Part shown: positions 36,710-45,177 of the stretch, piece by piece
Position numbering within the stretch: position 1 is the stretch's first letter
Layout of the letters: every line of letters begins with the position of its first letter
IMG/VR virus record: IMGVR_UViG_3300025057_000004
Coordinates: 1 to 64,000 of that record
DNA from: a virus
Direction: 5' to 3' (one strand)
DNA: 64,000 nt
Position numbers and translations under genes: made by a program
The notes under the pieces: generated by a model
The model's database searches: none
Told to the model about the DNA's origin: nothing
Seen by the model: only the letters and a program-made list of their open reading frames with translations

Positions 36710-37406
36710 AAAGGTAATGACAGACCTTTTCGGTATCGGTTGGTATGGTGCTATGAGGACATATCTTCAGTCTCAGGACTTTGCAAACTTAGGTCATTGG
36801 TTGATGGCTGAACGTAAGCAAAGAGTAGTATATCCTGAACAGAAGAATGTCTTCAAGGCATTCCAATTGACACCGTATGAAAAGGTAAAAGTAGTATTCT
36901 TAGGTCTTGATCCTTACATCAGAAAAAATCAGGCAACAGGTTTGTCTTTTGGTGTTGATATTGACAAGACAGACAGAAAGATACCACCATCACTGAAGAC
37001 CATCATTAAAGAGTTGGAGGAAGATCTTGATACATTGTGTCTTGATTTTGATTATTCTTTGGAAGGATGGGCAAAACAGGGAGTGCTTATGCTCAATACA
37101 TCATTGACCGTACAGGATGGACAGACGAACTCACATTTGAATATGTGGAAACCGTTCACACTGGAGGTAATTGATGCAATAAATGATATGAATGAGAATG
37201 TCATATTCATTCTATTGGGTAGAACAGCACAATCCTATGAGAAATATCTTGACCCTGATTCTACAAGAATCATAAAAGCACCACACCCTGCAGCAGAAGC
37301 ATACGCAGGAGGCAAGGCAGGATTCTATGGGAGTAAGATATTCAGTAAGTGTAACAGCATGCTGTATATGCTTGGAAAAGAAGAGATAAACTGGAATATA
37401 AAATAA
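36699..37406 (+). CDS. ung: Uracil-DNA glycosylase (family 1)
   Basis: VKVVFLGLDPY, ATGLSF, PPSL, WAKQGVLMLN, PHP motifs. Confidence 0.92.
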   Translation: MSVEKVMTDLFGIGWYGAMRTYLQSQDFANLGHWLMAERKQRVVYPEQKNVFKAFQLTPYEKVKVVFLGLDPYIRKNQATGLSFGVDIDKTDRKIPPSLKTIIKELEEDLDTLCLDFDYSLEGWAKQGVLMLNTSLTVQDGQTNSHLNMWKPFTLEVIDAINDMNENVIFILLGRTAQSYEKYLDPDSTRIIKAPHPAAEAYAGGKAGFYGSKIFSKCNSMLYMLGKEEINWNIK

Positions 37407-37409
37407 ACT

Positions 37410-38854
37410 ATGTATTTAGACTATAAGTGTACAGTTTGGAGAAGGATACATTTTTCTGAAAAACAGAATGATGTAGACAAAATCCTTGAAGATATCAAGG
37501 GAGGGTATCATCCTGATATTGTAGATGCAGAGTATGAAACTCTATATGATACTTCAGAAGATATGACAGTAGATGAGAATGGAGGTTCTTCAACTATTGA
37601 ATTGTATGATAATAATGAATTAATATTTCAAAACGGAGAGTAATGGGAAGATATTATAACGGAGATGTAGAAGGTAAATTCTGGTTTGCCATTCAAGGCA
37701 GTGATGCACCTGAAAGATTTGGTGCGTTTGAAAGAGATCGGGAGTATATAGACTATGCTATTGATCGTGAATCTTTACCTGAGATCATAGAAGAAATAAA
37801 AAGCATTGAATCAAACCCTAAAGTTCAATTGCTTATGAAGCTATGTGATGAATCAGACACGATATCTATAACAGATGCATGGCAAAAAGAGAACGGTGTA
37901 TCAAGAGAAGACCTTGCAGAATATGCAGATCTTACTCTTGGTAGAAAGATACGTGACTTCTTTGAGTCTGATTCAGACAATGATTATTGTGAAATACAAG
38001 CAGATCTATAATGAGTAAAGAAAAAACAATACGACCCGAGCTATTTGAAATAATAGTTGAGCACGGTACATACTATGTAGTAGCTTACGATGCAGCTCAT
38101 GCTATTACATCATTGATTGAAAAATGGAGTAGTGAAAAAGATATTAAATCAGTAAAGAAATTGACGGATGATGTATTGAAAATTCTATTCGTAGCTAAAG
38201 AATGTTTACCTCAAGGGCTTGTAAATAAAACTATAGAAAATGAGTGATGTAATAATGACGAATAAGCTTGAGCTTGCTTCAGAACTTGCTCATAGGATGC
38301 TTGTGATAGAATGGGATGACCGTTCTGAGAGCATATATGAAGATGATACCGCAGGCGTGACAGTATATACTGAGAACGCACAGGACATCTTCAATGACTA
38401 TTACGATATGTTTTTAACAATTATAGAAGATACACGTTATGACAAATAAAGATTCTATTATCAACCATGTTCAAAAAATATCATGGTTCGATCACGATGA
38501 AACTGATGGTAACAAGCTTACTTTCAGTACACGTGAGAACGGTAATGTCGGTGATGAAGAGCCAGGAGATAAAGATATTCAAATGGCACACCGTGTAGCT
38601 GGTGATATACGTCATCAGTATGATGTGAAGAATATTGAAGTTTCTTCAGTAGATGAATGGGTATACCTTGAATTTGAAATAGTATGAAAAGAACATATGC
38701 ATATATTGTAACGCTTACCAATGATGGTGGAGATACACAATTTAAAGTTGCTATTGCAGCTACTGATGATGATGGATTAAAAAAGCAAGTTGCTGAATTA
38801 TATCCTGATTACGAGTGGTACTCGCATGTTGATGAAAAATATCCGTTAGTGTAA
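37410..38854 (+). CDS. Cluster of six small hypothetical proteins (37410-37643, 37643-38011, 38011-38247, 38240-38449, 38439-38687, 38684-38854)
   Basis: Overlapping ORFs of 56-122 aa, mostly acidic; the last was translated by me and is not in the track. Confidence 0.6.
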
Positions 38855-38885
38855 AATTAATTGATATTTTATTTGCAAAACCTAT

Positions 38886-38926
38886 AAGGGAGGCTGTATA
38901 TTCGCAGCTTCCCTTTTTTATTTTTT
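38886..38926 (+). terminator. Intrinsic terminator
   Basis: AAGGGAGGCUG...CAGCUUCCCUU followed by a long U-tract. Confidence 0.8.
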
Positions 38927-39110
38927 GAATATGGCAAATTTCTATAGTATACAAGGTCAATGCGCAGCTTTTGTGGCTGGTAGACTCAGTGACCTTCAGT
39001 GGAAGAATATATCTCATGTAAAGAGGGGTAAAAAGCAGTGTATACTGCATATGAAGAATGGAGATAGATATGAACTCAAGATTGAAAAACTAAAACGTAA
39101 TGAAAGTTAA
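38925..39110 (+). CDS. Hypothetical protein
   Basis: About 60 aa, overlapping the next gene. Confidence 0.5.
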   Translation: MNMANFYSIQGQCAAFVAGRLSDLQWKNISHVKRGKKQCILHMKNGDRYELKIEKLKRNES

Positions 39111-39609
39111 TCCATTACACTCGTACATAACAGTGTGGTTAGAAAAGATCGGCATGAAAAAGCCTAATAGACCATCCCTTATGACACCTGAACAGAAAAA
39201 GATGAATATGATGCTCATCGATGAAGAAGTTCAGGAACTTATGATTGCATTGTCAAAGAATGATGACATTGTAGAACTATGTGATGCGTACTTTGATGTA
39301 CTATGGGTAGTTACTCAGTCAGCAATGATGAACGGTATCAATATCAATGATATTGTACGTGCAGGAGCTGCGAGTAACCTTAGTAAATTCTGTGATACGC
39401 ATGAAGAAGCTATTCAAACAGTCACAGCATATATGAATGGTACACATCCTAATAAAAAAGGTGTATTTATTGAAACCCGTATTGAGGAGGTCAACGGTTC
39501 TTATGTTATTAAACGTACTAAAGATGGTAAAGTACTGAAGAGTATCAGTTTCAGAGAACCTGATTTCAGCTTTATTGAAAACCGTATGAAAAAAACAGAA
39601 GCCGTATGA
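39100..39609 (+). CDS. MazG-like/PRA-PH NTP pyrophosphohydrolase (dUTPase-like)
   Basis: DEEVQEL...ELCDAYFD...SNLSK...DGKVLKS..F.EPD. Confidence 0.8.
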   Translation: MKVNPLHSYITVWLEKIGMKKPNRPSLMTPEQKKMNMMLIDEEVQELMIALSKNDDIVELCDAYFDVLWVVTQSAMMNGININDIVRAGAASNLSKFCDTHEEAIQTVTAYMNGTHPNKKGVFIETRIEEVNGSYVIKRTKDGKVLKSISFREPDFSFIENRMKKTEAV

Positions 39610-42140
39610 ATAGCAAGGAATATTTCAATGATGATGAACTTGCCGCTTCCGTATGGGAAGGTAAGTATGCTGCAGAAGGTGAAAACAATCCTGATGACAT
39701 GCATAGACGCATGGCAAAAGAGTTTGCGAGAATTGAAGAATCGTATCTTAAAAATGACGAACCGATAGAGATCGTTGCAGTAAAACATTCAAATCTTAGC
39801 AATTACGGTAAGAGCAGAAGCTTTCTTACAGCAGATAAAATATATATGCTGTTCAAGAATTTCAAATACATAGTTCCTCAAGGTTCTATTATGTCAATGC
39901 TCGGAGTAGATAAGATAGGTTCTCTGTCTAACTGCTTTGTAATAGGACAACCTGAAGACAGCTACGGTGGTATCCTTCAAAAGGATGAACAGCTTGTACA
40001 GCTTATGAAGAGGCGTGGAGGTGTCGGTATAGACATCTCTACACTTAGACCAAGTGGTACAGATGTTACCAATGCTGCTAAGACATCTACTGGTGCAGCT
40101 TCATTCATGGAGCGTTTCTCTAATAGTACAAGAGAGGTAGCACAAGGAGGTCGTAGAGGTGCGTTGATGATTACTATTGATGTACGTCATCCTGATGTCT
40201 TTGAGTTTGTCAACATCAAGAAGGACAGAACAAAAGTTACAGGAGCTAACATCTCAGTTATGCTTCGAGATGATTTCATGGAAGCTGTCAAGAATGATGA
40301 GGATTACATGCTTAGATTTCCATGTAATCTTGAAAATAGGGATATTATAGGGACTCTTGAAGAATCTGAAAAAGTAGTTACTAAAAAGATCAGAGCCAAA
40401 GAACTCTATGATTCGATTGTAGAGAATGCATGGGAGAATGCAGAGCCAGGACAGATGTTCATTGATAGACATTGGGATTATAGTCCTGATGGTGCATATG
40501 AACAATATCGCGGTGTAACTACAAATCCTTGCGGTGAAATATTCATGCAACCTTATGATGCATGTAGATTGATGGCTATTAATCTGCTCAGTTTTGTAGA
40601 GAATCCTTACACAGATGAGGCGTATATTGATTGGGTAAAACTGTATGAAGTTGCTTATGAACAACAAAGACTCGCTGATGATCTGGTCGATCTTGAACTT
40701 GAACACATATCTCGAATCCTTGCTAAGATACACTCCGATGAAGAATCTGATGAAGTTAAAAGAACTGAAATTAAACTTTGGGAAAAAGTGTATGATGTTG
40801 CTTCTGCAGGTAGGCGTACTGGTTGCGGGTTTACTGCTCTCGGTGATATGCTTGCTGCTGTGGGGGTTGCTTACGACTCTCAACAAGGTTGTGATTATAT
40901 TGAGAAAGTAATGCATACCAAGATGGAAGCAGAGCTTGATTGTACTATTGATCTTGCTATTCTTAGAGGTTCGTTTGAAGGTTGGGATTATAATGAAGAA
41001 TTTGTAAAAATGAGTTCTGTTGGAACTAATGATTTTTACCAAATGCTTTGTGATGAATTTCCTGAACAAGCTGAGAGAATGTATATTTATGGACGCAGAA
41101 ACGTTTCGTGGAGTACAGTTGCACCTACAGGTTCAGTAAGTATCCTGACACAGACTACATCAGGTTTAGAGCCTTTATTTGCTCCTTACTACATGCGTAG
41201 AAAGAAAGTGAATCCAGGCGAAGAAGGTGTACGTGTTGACTTTGTAGATCAGAATGGTGATAATTGGATGGAATATCCCGTTATGCATCCTCAATTTATT
41301 GAGTGGTGTAAAGAACATGAACCTGATGCAACTAAAGATGTATTGGAAAGCTTAACTAAAGCTCAATTAGACTCTTTATTTGAAGAGTCACCGTGGTATA
41401 ACTCATGTGCTCCTGATATTGATTGGAAGAAACGTGTAGATGTGCAAGCTATCATTCAGAAGTATACATCACATTCGATAAGTTCAACTATTAACTTGCC
41501 GAATGATGTTACCAAAGAAGAAGTAGCTGAGATCTACATACATTCCTATGATAAAGGTCTGAAAGGAGTTACAGTATATCGTGACGGTTGTCGTACAGGT
41601 GTGCTTGTAACAGAAACTGCAAAATCAAATGATAAGTTTGAGTATCACGATGCTCCTAAACGTCCTGATTGTTTACCTGTAGATATTCATACTACAGTAT
41701 CAAAAGGAGTAAAATGGAATGTCATTGTAGGACTGTTCGATAGTAAGCCGTATGAGGTCTTTGCCATTCCGCACTTTACGAATGAAACTGAACTCGAACT
41801 GTGCAAGATCAAAAGAGGTAGATACGATCTGCTGAAAAACGGTGATACATACAGTGAAGATATAACCTCTCAGATTACTGATGAGCAGGATGTATTGACA
41901 CGTATGGTAAGCACAGCGTTAAGACACGGAGCTGATATAACATTCATTGTTGAGCAATTGAATAAGTCTCACGGTGATATTACCAGTTTCAGCAAAGCTA
42001 TTGCAAGAACTCTTAAAAAATACATCGATGAAAAGAAGATGGTATCAAGAGCAGCCTGTACCGAATGCGGAAGTAATAATGTCGTATTTGAAGAAGGTTG
42101 TCTTATGTGTAAAGACTGCGGTAGCTCGAAATGTGGATAG
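39606..42140 (+). CDS. nrdJ: Class II (adenosylcobalamin-dependent) ribonucleotide reductase
   Basis: SNCFV, GGRRGALM, TNPCGEI, TVAPTGS, KGVTVYRDG, C-terminal Zn ribbon and SKCG; no R2 subunit gene nearby. Confidence 0.9.
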   Translation: MNSKEYFNDDELAASVWEGKYAAEGENNPDDMHRRMAKEFARIEESYLKNDEPIEIVAVKHSNLSNYGKSRSFLTADKIYMLFKNFKYIVPQGSIMSMLGVDKIGSLSNCFVIGQPEDSYGGILQKDEQLVQLMKRRGGVGIDISTLRPSGTDVTNAAKTSTGAASFMERFSNSTREVAQGGRRGALMITIDVRHPDVFEFVNIKKDRTKVTGANISVMLRDDFMEAVKNDEDYMLRFPCNLENRDIIGTLEESEKVVTKKIRAKELYDSIVENAWENAEPGQMFIDRHWDYSPDGAYEQYRGVTTNPCGEIFMQPYDACRLMAINLLSFVENPYTDEAYIDWVKLYEVAYEQQRLADDLVDLELEHISRILAKIHSDEESDEVKRTEIKLWEKVYDVASAGRRTGCGFTALGDMLAAVGVAYDSQQGCDYIEKVMHTKMEAELDCTIDLAILRGSFEGWDYNEEFVKMSSVGTNDFYQMLCDEFPEQAERMYIYGRRNVSWSTVAPTGSVSILTQTTSGLEPLFAPYYMRRKKVNPGEEGVRVDFVDQNGDNWMEYPVMHPQFIEWCKEHEPDATKDVLESLTKAQLDSLFEESPWYNSCAPDIDWKKRVDVQAIIQKYTSHSISSTINLPNDVTKEEVAEIYIHSYDKGLKGVTVYRDGCRTGVLVTETAKSNDKFEYHDAPKRPDCLPVDIHTTVSKGVKWNVIVGLFDSKPYEVFAIPHFTNETELELCKIKRGRYDLLKNGDTYSEDITSQITDEQDVLTRMVSTALRHGADITFIVEQLNKSHGDITSFSKAIARTLKKYIDEKKMVSRAACTECGSNNVVFEEGCLMCKDCGSSKCG

Positions 42141-42149
42141 ATAATAATT

Positions 42150-42182
42150 GAAGGGGAGGGAAACCTCCTCTTCTTTATTTTT
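42150..42182 (+). terminator. Intrinsic terminator after nrdJ
   Basis: GAAGGGGAGG-GAAA-CCUCCUCUUC followed by U-rich tail. Confidence 0.8.
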
Positions 42183-42187
42183 ATATT

Positions 42188-42574
42188 ATGGAAGATATTA
42201 TAAAAAAGTGGCAGCATATTCTTAGGCTTAAGGATTGGATTATTAAAACCAATAAGATTTATCCAGAGAGTATAATCTATAATGGCGAGAAGTATTTTAT
42301 AGGTATTCATAGAGATTTTGGTAGAAAACTTGGAATCATATACCACGATGTAGATCTTACAGAAGAAGACATAATACACGAACTCCTTCACATCGTATTT
42401 CCTATACCTCAAGAAGATGAGTCTTATGAAGACTATGAGCGTTGGATAACTGAGGCTGCAGAGAATCTTGCTCAATCTGAAGATGTTTGGAAACCTGTTT
42501 GTAATATTCCAAAAATGTTTACAGGATTTCAACCTTATCATCACTTAGAAGCATTCAATAAAAATGAAAAATGA
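42188..42574 (+). CDS. Minimal zincin-like (HExxH) protein
   Basis: WQHILRLKDW...IIHELLHI. Confidence 0.6.
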   Translation: MEDIIKKWQHILRLKDWIIKTNKIYPESIIYNGEKYFIGIHRDFGRKLGIIYHDVDLTEEDIIHELLHIVFPIPQEDESYEDYERWITEAAENLAQSEDVWKPVCNIPKMFTGFQPYHHLEAFNKNEK

Positions 42575-42654
42575 GATACGGATATATAGGATATTCTTAT
42601 GTATCCTTCTCATTATTCTTATAATAGTATCACATAAATATTATAGACTTAAAA

Positions 42655-42873
42655 ATGAATCCACAACTACACGTAGAGAGAGTGCTAAAGAGATGCTTTG
42701 AAGTTTACCCACCCAAGGGTAAGGAGCATCGTAAGTTTTTTAAGAACCTTGTTAAGCAGGGTAGTATGCCTGAGAAGATGGCGAGTATGATCGTCAGGAT
42801 CATTGAGAACCCGAACTGTGTGTACATAGTGAAGGCTGACGGAACGCTGAAGATATTAGATAGTGCGGAATAA
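42655..42873 (+). CDS. Hypothetical protein
   Basis: 72 aa ORF. Confidence 0.55.
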   Translation: MNPQLHVERVLKRCFEVYPPKGKEHRKFFKNLVKQGSMPEKMASMIVRIIENPNCVYIVKADGTLKILDSAE

Positions 42874-43158
42874 CGCACTTTATCGTAAATCGCAATTTGC
42901 GAATCACGAATTGAAGTCAAATAGTGCGGTAAATCACACTAAACAAATAAGATATGTAGTGCTTTGAGTATTTTAATTGATAAGCTTAAATGTGGTGAAT
43001 CCAACCCAGCTACATTACTCAATAAATGCAAATATTTTACAAAAAAGGCGTTTTGAGTGCAGTTATTTTACAATCTTTACAGTTGTCGAATTAACTAAAA
43101 GTAACCCAGTAGTTACAGAACCGTCAAAAAACGAACAAAATGTAACGAGGTAGTTACA
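42862..43158 (+). repeat. Cluster of short interrupted palindromes
   Basis: AGTGCG-N6-CGCACT, TCGCAA-T-TTGCGA, TAGTGCG-N6-CACACTA, GTAAC-N6-GTTAC, TGTAAC-N6-GTTACA. Confidence 0.6.
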
Positions 43159-43176
43159 CTTTAAACCAAAACAAAG

Positions 43177-43428
43177 ATGAGTAAAGAAACAGAATGCCCT
43201 TTCTGCCATAAGGTAGGATTCCATAAGCTGAGTTGCCCAACGCAGAAGGTGACGGTGTTCCTGTCAGATGTGAAAGTTGAGGGAGTAACTGCTGAAAGTG
43301 AGGGAGCAACTAAAAGACGCTGTAAGAATCATGTATGGCGCAAGGACTACTTAAACGGTGGTAAGAAGTGTCAGGTGTGTGGCAAGGCACGGGAAGAAGT
43401 GAAACGAAGTAAAGACGTAGAAGAATGA
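43177..43428 (+). CDS. Small zinc-finger protein
   Basis: CPFC...H...C and C..H...CQVC motifs. Confidence 0.6.
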   Translation: MSKETECPFCHKVGFHKLSCPTQKVTVFLSDVKVEGVTAESEGATKRRCKNHVWRKDYLNGGKKCQVCGKAREEVKRSKDVEE

Positions 43429-43706
43429 TGTTTTTCTTAAAGATAATCGCACTTGCTTATATACAGAATATCAGTTTTGCGTTAATATCAAGAGCAAGGA
43501 ACAGAGACAATATGTATTACCATGCTGTAGCATCAGTGTTCAGTAATGCAATATGGTTTCTCACAATGAAAGAGATAGTAATAAATGATTTCAGCCTTGA
43601 TCTGTTCATACCTTATACATTTGGTACAGTAGCAGGAAGTCTTACTGGTGCCAAGGTATCAATGAGAATAGAGAAGTGGTTGGATGCAAAAGCAGACAGT
43701 AAATGA
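43425..43706 (+). CDS. Small membrane protein
   Basis: Three hydrophobic segments; GTVAGSLTG. Confidence 0.65.
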   Translation: MMFFLKIIALAYIQNISFALISRARNRDNMYYHAVASVFSNAIWFLTMKEIVINDFSLDLFIPYTFGTVAGSLTGAKVSMRIEKWLDAKADSK

Positions 43707-44035
43707 AAATAGATTGGAAAGAAATACTCAGCCCTATTAAGATAGCTGAGTTAACATATGGAAAGGATGCATCAAGATTCAATGGTCTTGATATCATTGT
43801 AAAAGAGATCAATGATGTATCAGAAAGATGGCAAGAGTTTGTAAAAGAGAACTTTATACCAAAGACAAAAGCTGATAAGGAACGTAAGGAAGCATTGGAA
43901 GCACTGCTTGCAGTTGTAGAAGATATTCAAATGCTACGTACAGGCACTTGGGAGCCAGATAATGATAGTTGTGATGCAACTACTGATAATTTAAAATTGG
44001 TTATCAAGTATATAGAAAAAACAAAGGGGTCTTAA
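43703..44035 (+). CDS. Hypothetical protein
   Basis: 110 aa, last plus-strand gene. Confidence 0.6.
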   Translation: MKIDWKEILSPIKIAELTYGKDASRFNGLDIIVKEINDVSERWQEFVKENFIPKTKADKERKEALEALLAVVEDIQMLRTGTWEPDNDSCDATTDNLKLVIKYIEKTKGS

Positions 44036-44055
44036 TTGACCCCCTTTTTGTTGTT
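44016..44055. terminator. Bidirectional terminator between convergent modules
   Basis: A-rich run, GGGGTC-TTAATT-GACCCC stem, then T-run. Confidence 0.8.
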
Positions 44056-44071
44056 CACAAGTGAGTAGTTA

Positions 44072-44308
44072 TTACTTCTTACGAGCACCACCCATCTTCA
44101 TCATCTTTTTAGCACCACCGTTTTTCATATAACCCATTTTGTTACGTACAGATGTTGGTAGTTTTTTAAGACCAGTTTGACTTGCTGCAGGTTTCTTAAG
44201 ACCTGATTTAGCTTTAGGTGCAGATTTCTTAGCACCTCCTGATTTGTAAGTTGACTTTTTCATCATAGAAGATGCTCCACCTCCCATGTACTTCTTTTTT
44301 GACATCAT
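44072..44308 (-). CDS. Highly basic K/G/M-rich microprotein
   Basis: 78 aa, no acidic residues; GLKKLPTSVRNKMGYMKNGG. Confidence 0.75.
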   Translation of the reverse strand: MMSKKKYMGGGASSMMKKSTYKSGGAKKSAPKAKSGLKKPAASQTGLKKLPTSVRNKMGYMKNGGAKKMMKMGGARKK

Positions 44309-44565
44309 TATTTCTTAGATTTTTTTCTGATTGATGAAGTACGGTTACCCATACCTACTCTTCTTTTTTCTGCAACAACTGCAGACTTTCTCTTGCCTAC
44401 ACCTTTCCAGGTGACAGGTGTTTCCTTACTAACACTTTTAGAAGGACGGCATTTTTTTACACCTTTTGTCTTTGAAGAACCACAAGGTCTCCCATGTTGG
44501 TCTGTCCATTTTTCTTTAAACCAACGTTTAAGGTTAGCTCCTGCTTTTGTTTTACGAACAGCCAT
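44308..44565 (-). CDS. Highly basic microprotein
   Basis: LKRWFKEKW...PCG...CRPSK...TPVT; TAATG overlaps with both neighbours. Confidence 0.75.
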   Translation of the reverse strand: MAVRKTKAGANLKRWFKEKWTDQHGRPCGSSKTKGVKKCRPSKSVSKETPVTWKGVGKRKSAVVAEKRRVGMGNRTSSIRKKSKK

Positions 44566-44732
44566 TATTTCTTCTTTTTTGGTTTCATTCCGCGCATTTT
44601 CTTTCCTTTTGCAGCAGCTTCTTGAAACTTCTTCTTACCGTATTTCTTACGACCTATGGATGCAGCAATAGCAGCACCTTTTTTACCTCCACCAAGTTTC
44701 TTTGCTAGTTTTTTAAATCCTACGTATGCCAT
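44565..44732 (-). CDS. Highly basic microprotein (55 aa)
   Basis: Not in track: MAYVGFKKLAKKLGGGKKGAAIAASIGRKKYGKKKFQEAAAKGKKMRGMKPKKKK; TAATG overlaps on both sides. Confidence 0.75.
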   Translation of the reverse strand: MAYVGFKKLAKKLGGGKKGAAIAASIGRKKYGKKKFQEAAAKGKKMRGMKPKKKK

Positions 44733-44875
44733 TATTTTTTTCCTTTATTCTTCCTACACTTAGCGATTGCTCCACTTGCATACGCTGAAGGAAACACCTT
44801 ATATTGTGCTTTTACCTTGTGGTAGCAAGCATCGTGTAAGGCTTTGTTCTTTTTGTTCATTTTCTTTTTTGCCAT
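44732..44875 (-). CDS. Highly basic microprotein (47 aa)
   Basis: Not in track: MAKKKMNKKNKALHDACYHKVKAQYKVFPSAYASGAIAKCRKNKGKK. Confidence 0.75.
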   Translation of the reverse strand: MAKKKMNKKNKALHDACYHKVKAQYKVFPSAYASGAIAKCRKNKGKK

Positions 44876-44879
44876 AATA

Positions 44880-45176
44880 CTAACATTTCCATCGTCTTCT
44901 TGCAGCACAAATACGTTTATCAGGTGTTTTACTGCAACTGATGTTGTGCATCTTCATCTGTCCTGCAGATCTTGAACAATACGAACTTCTTCGTTTTGCA
45001 GCTTTAGATCCTGCTTTTACCTTTCCTGTAACTGCGCCTTTCAGTTTAGATCCAGGATTGGCTCTTCTATGTGCAGCTATACCTTTCTTGGTCATTCCTG
45101 CACCACTCTTAGTAGATCGGAAGTTACCTCCCTTACCTACTGTTCGTCTTACATTTTTTTGTCTTCGAGCAGCCAT
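44880..45176 (-). CDS. Highly basic microprotein (DUF6321-like, from memory)
   Basis: GMTKKG...NPGSKLK...RRSSYCSRS...ARRRWKC. Confidence 0.75.
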   Translation of the reverse strand: MAARRQKNVRRTVGKGGNFRSTKSGAGMTKKGIAAHRRANPGSKLKGAVTGKVKAGSKAAKRRSSYCSRSAGQMKMHNISCSKTPDKRICAARRRWKC

Positions 45177-45177
45177 T

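Noticed and set aside
40254-41069. 271-aa minus-strand ORF and the many other antisense ORFs in the track
   Set aside because: They lie opposite well-supported genes and have shadow-frame composition (rich in F/I/S/L) without motifs.
9968-42140. Introns, inteins or homing endonucleases in TerL, PolB, DnaB or RNR
   Set aside because: These ORFs are uninterrupted and of ordinary size, with no intein or HNH/LAGLIDADG motifs seen.
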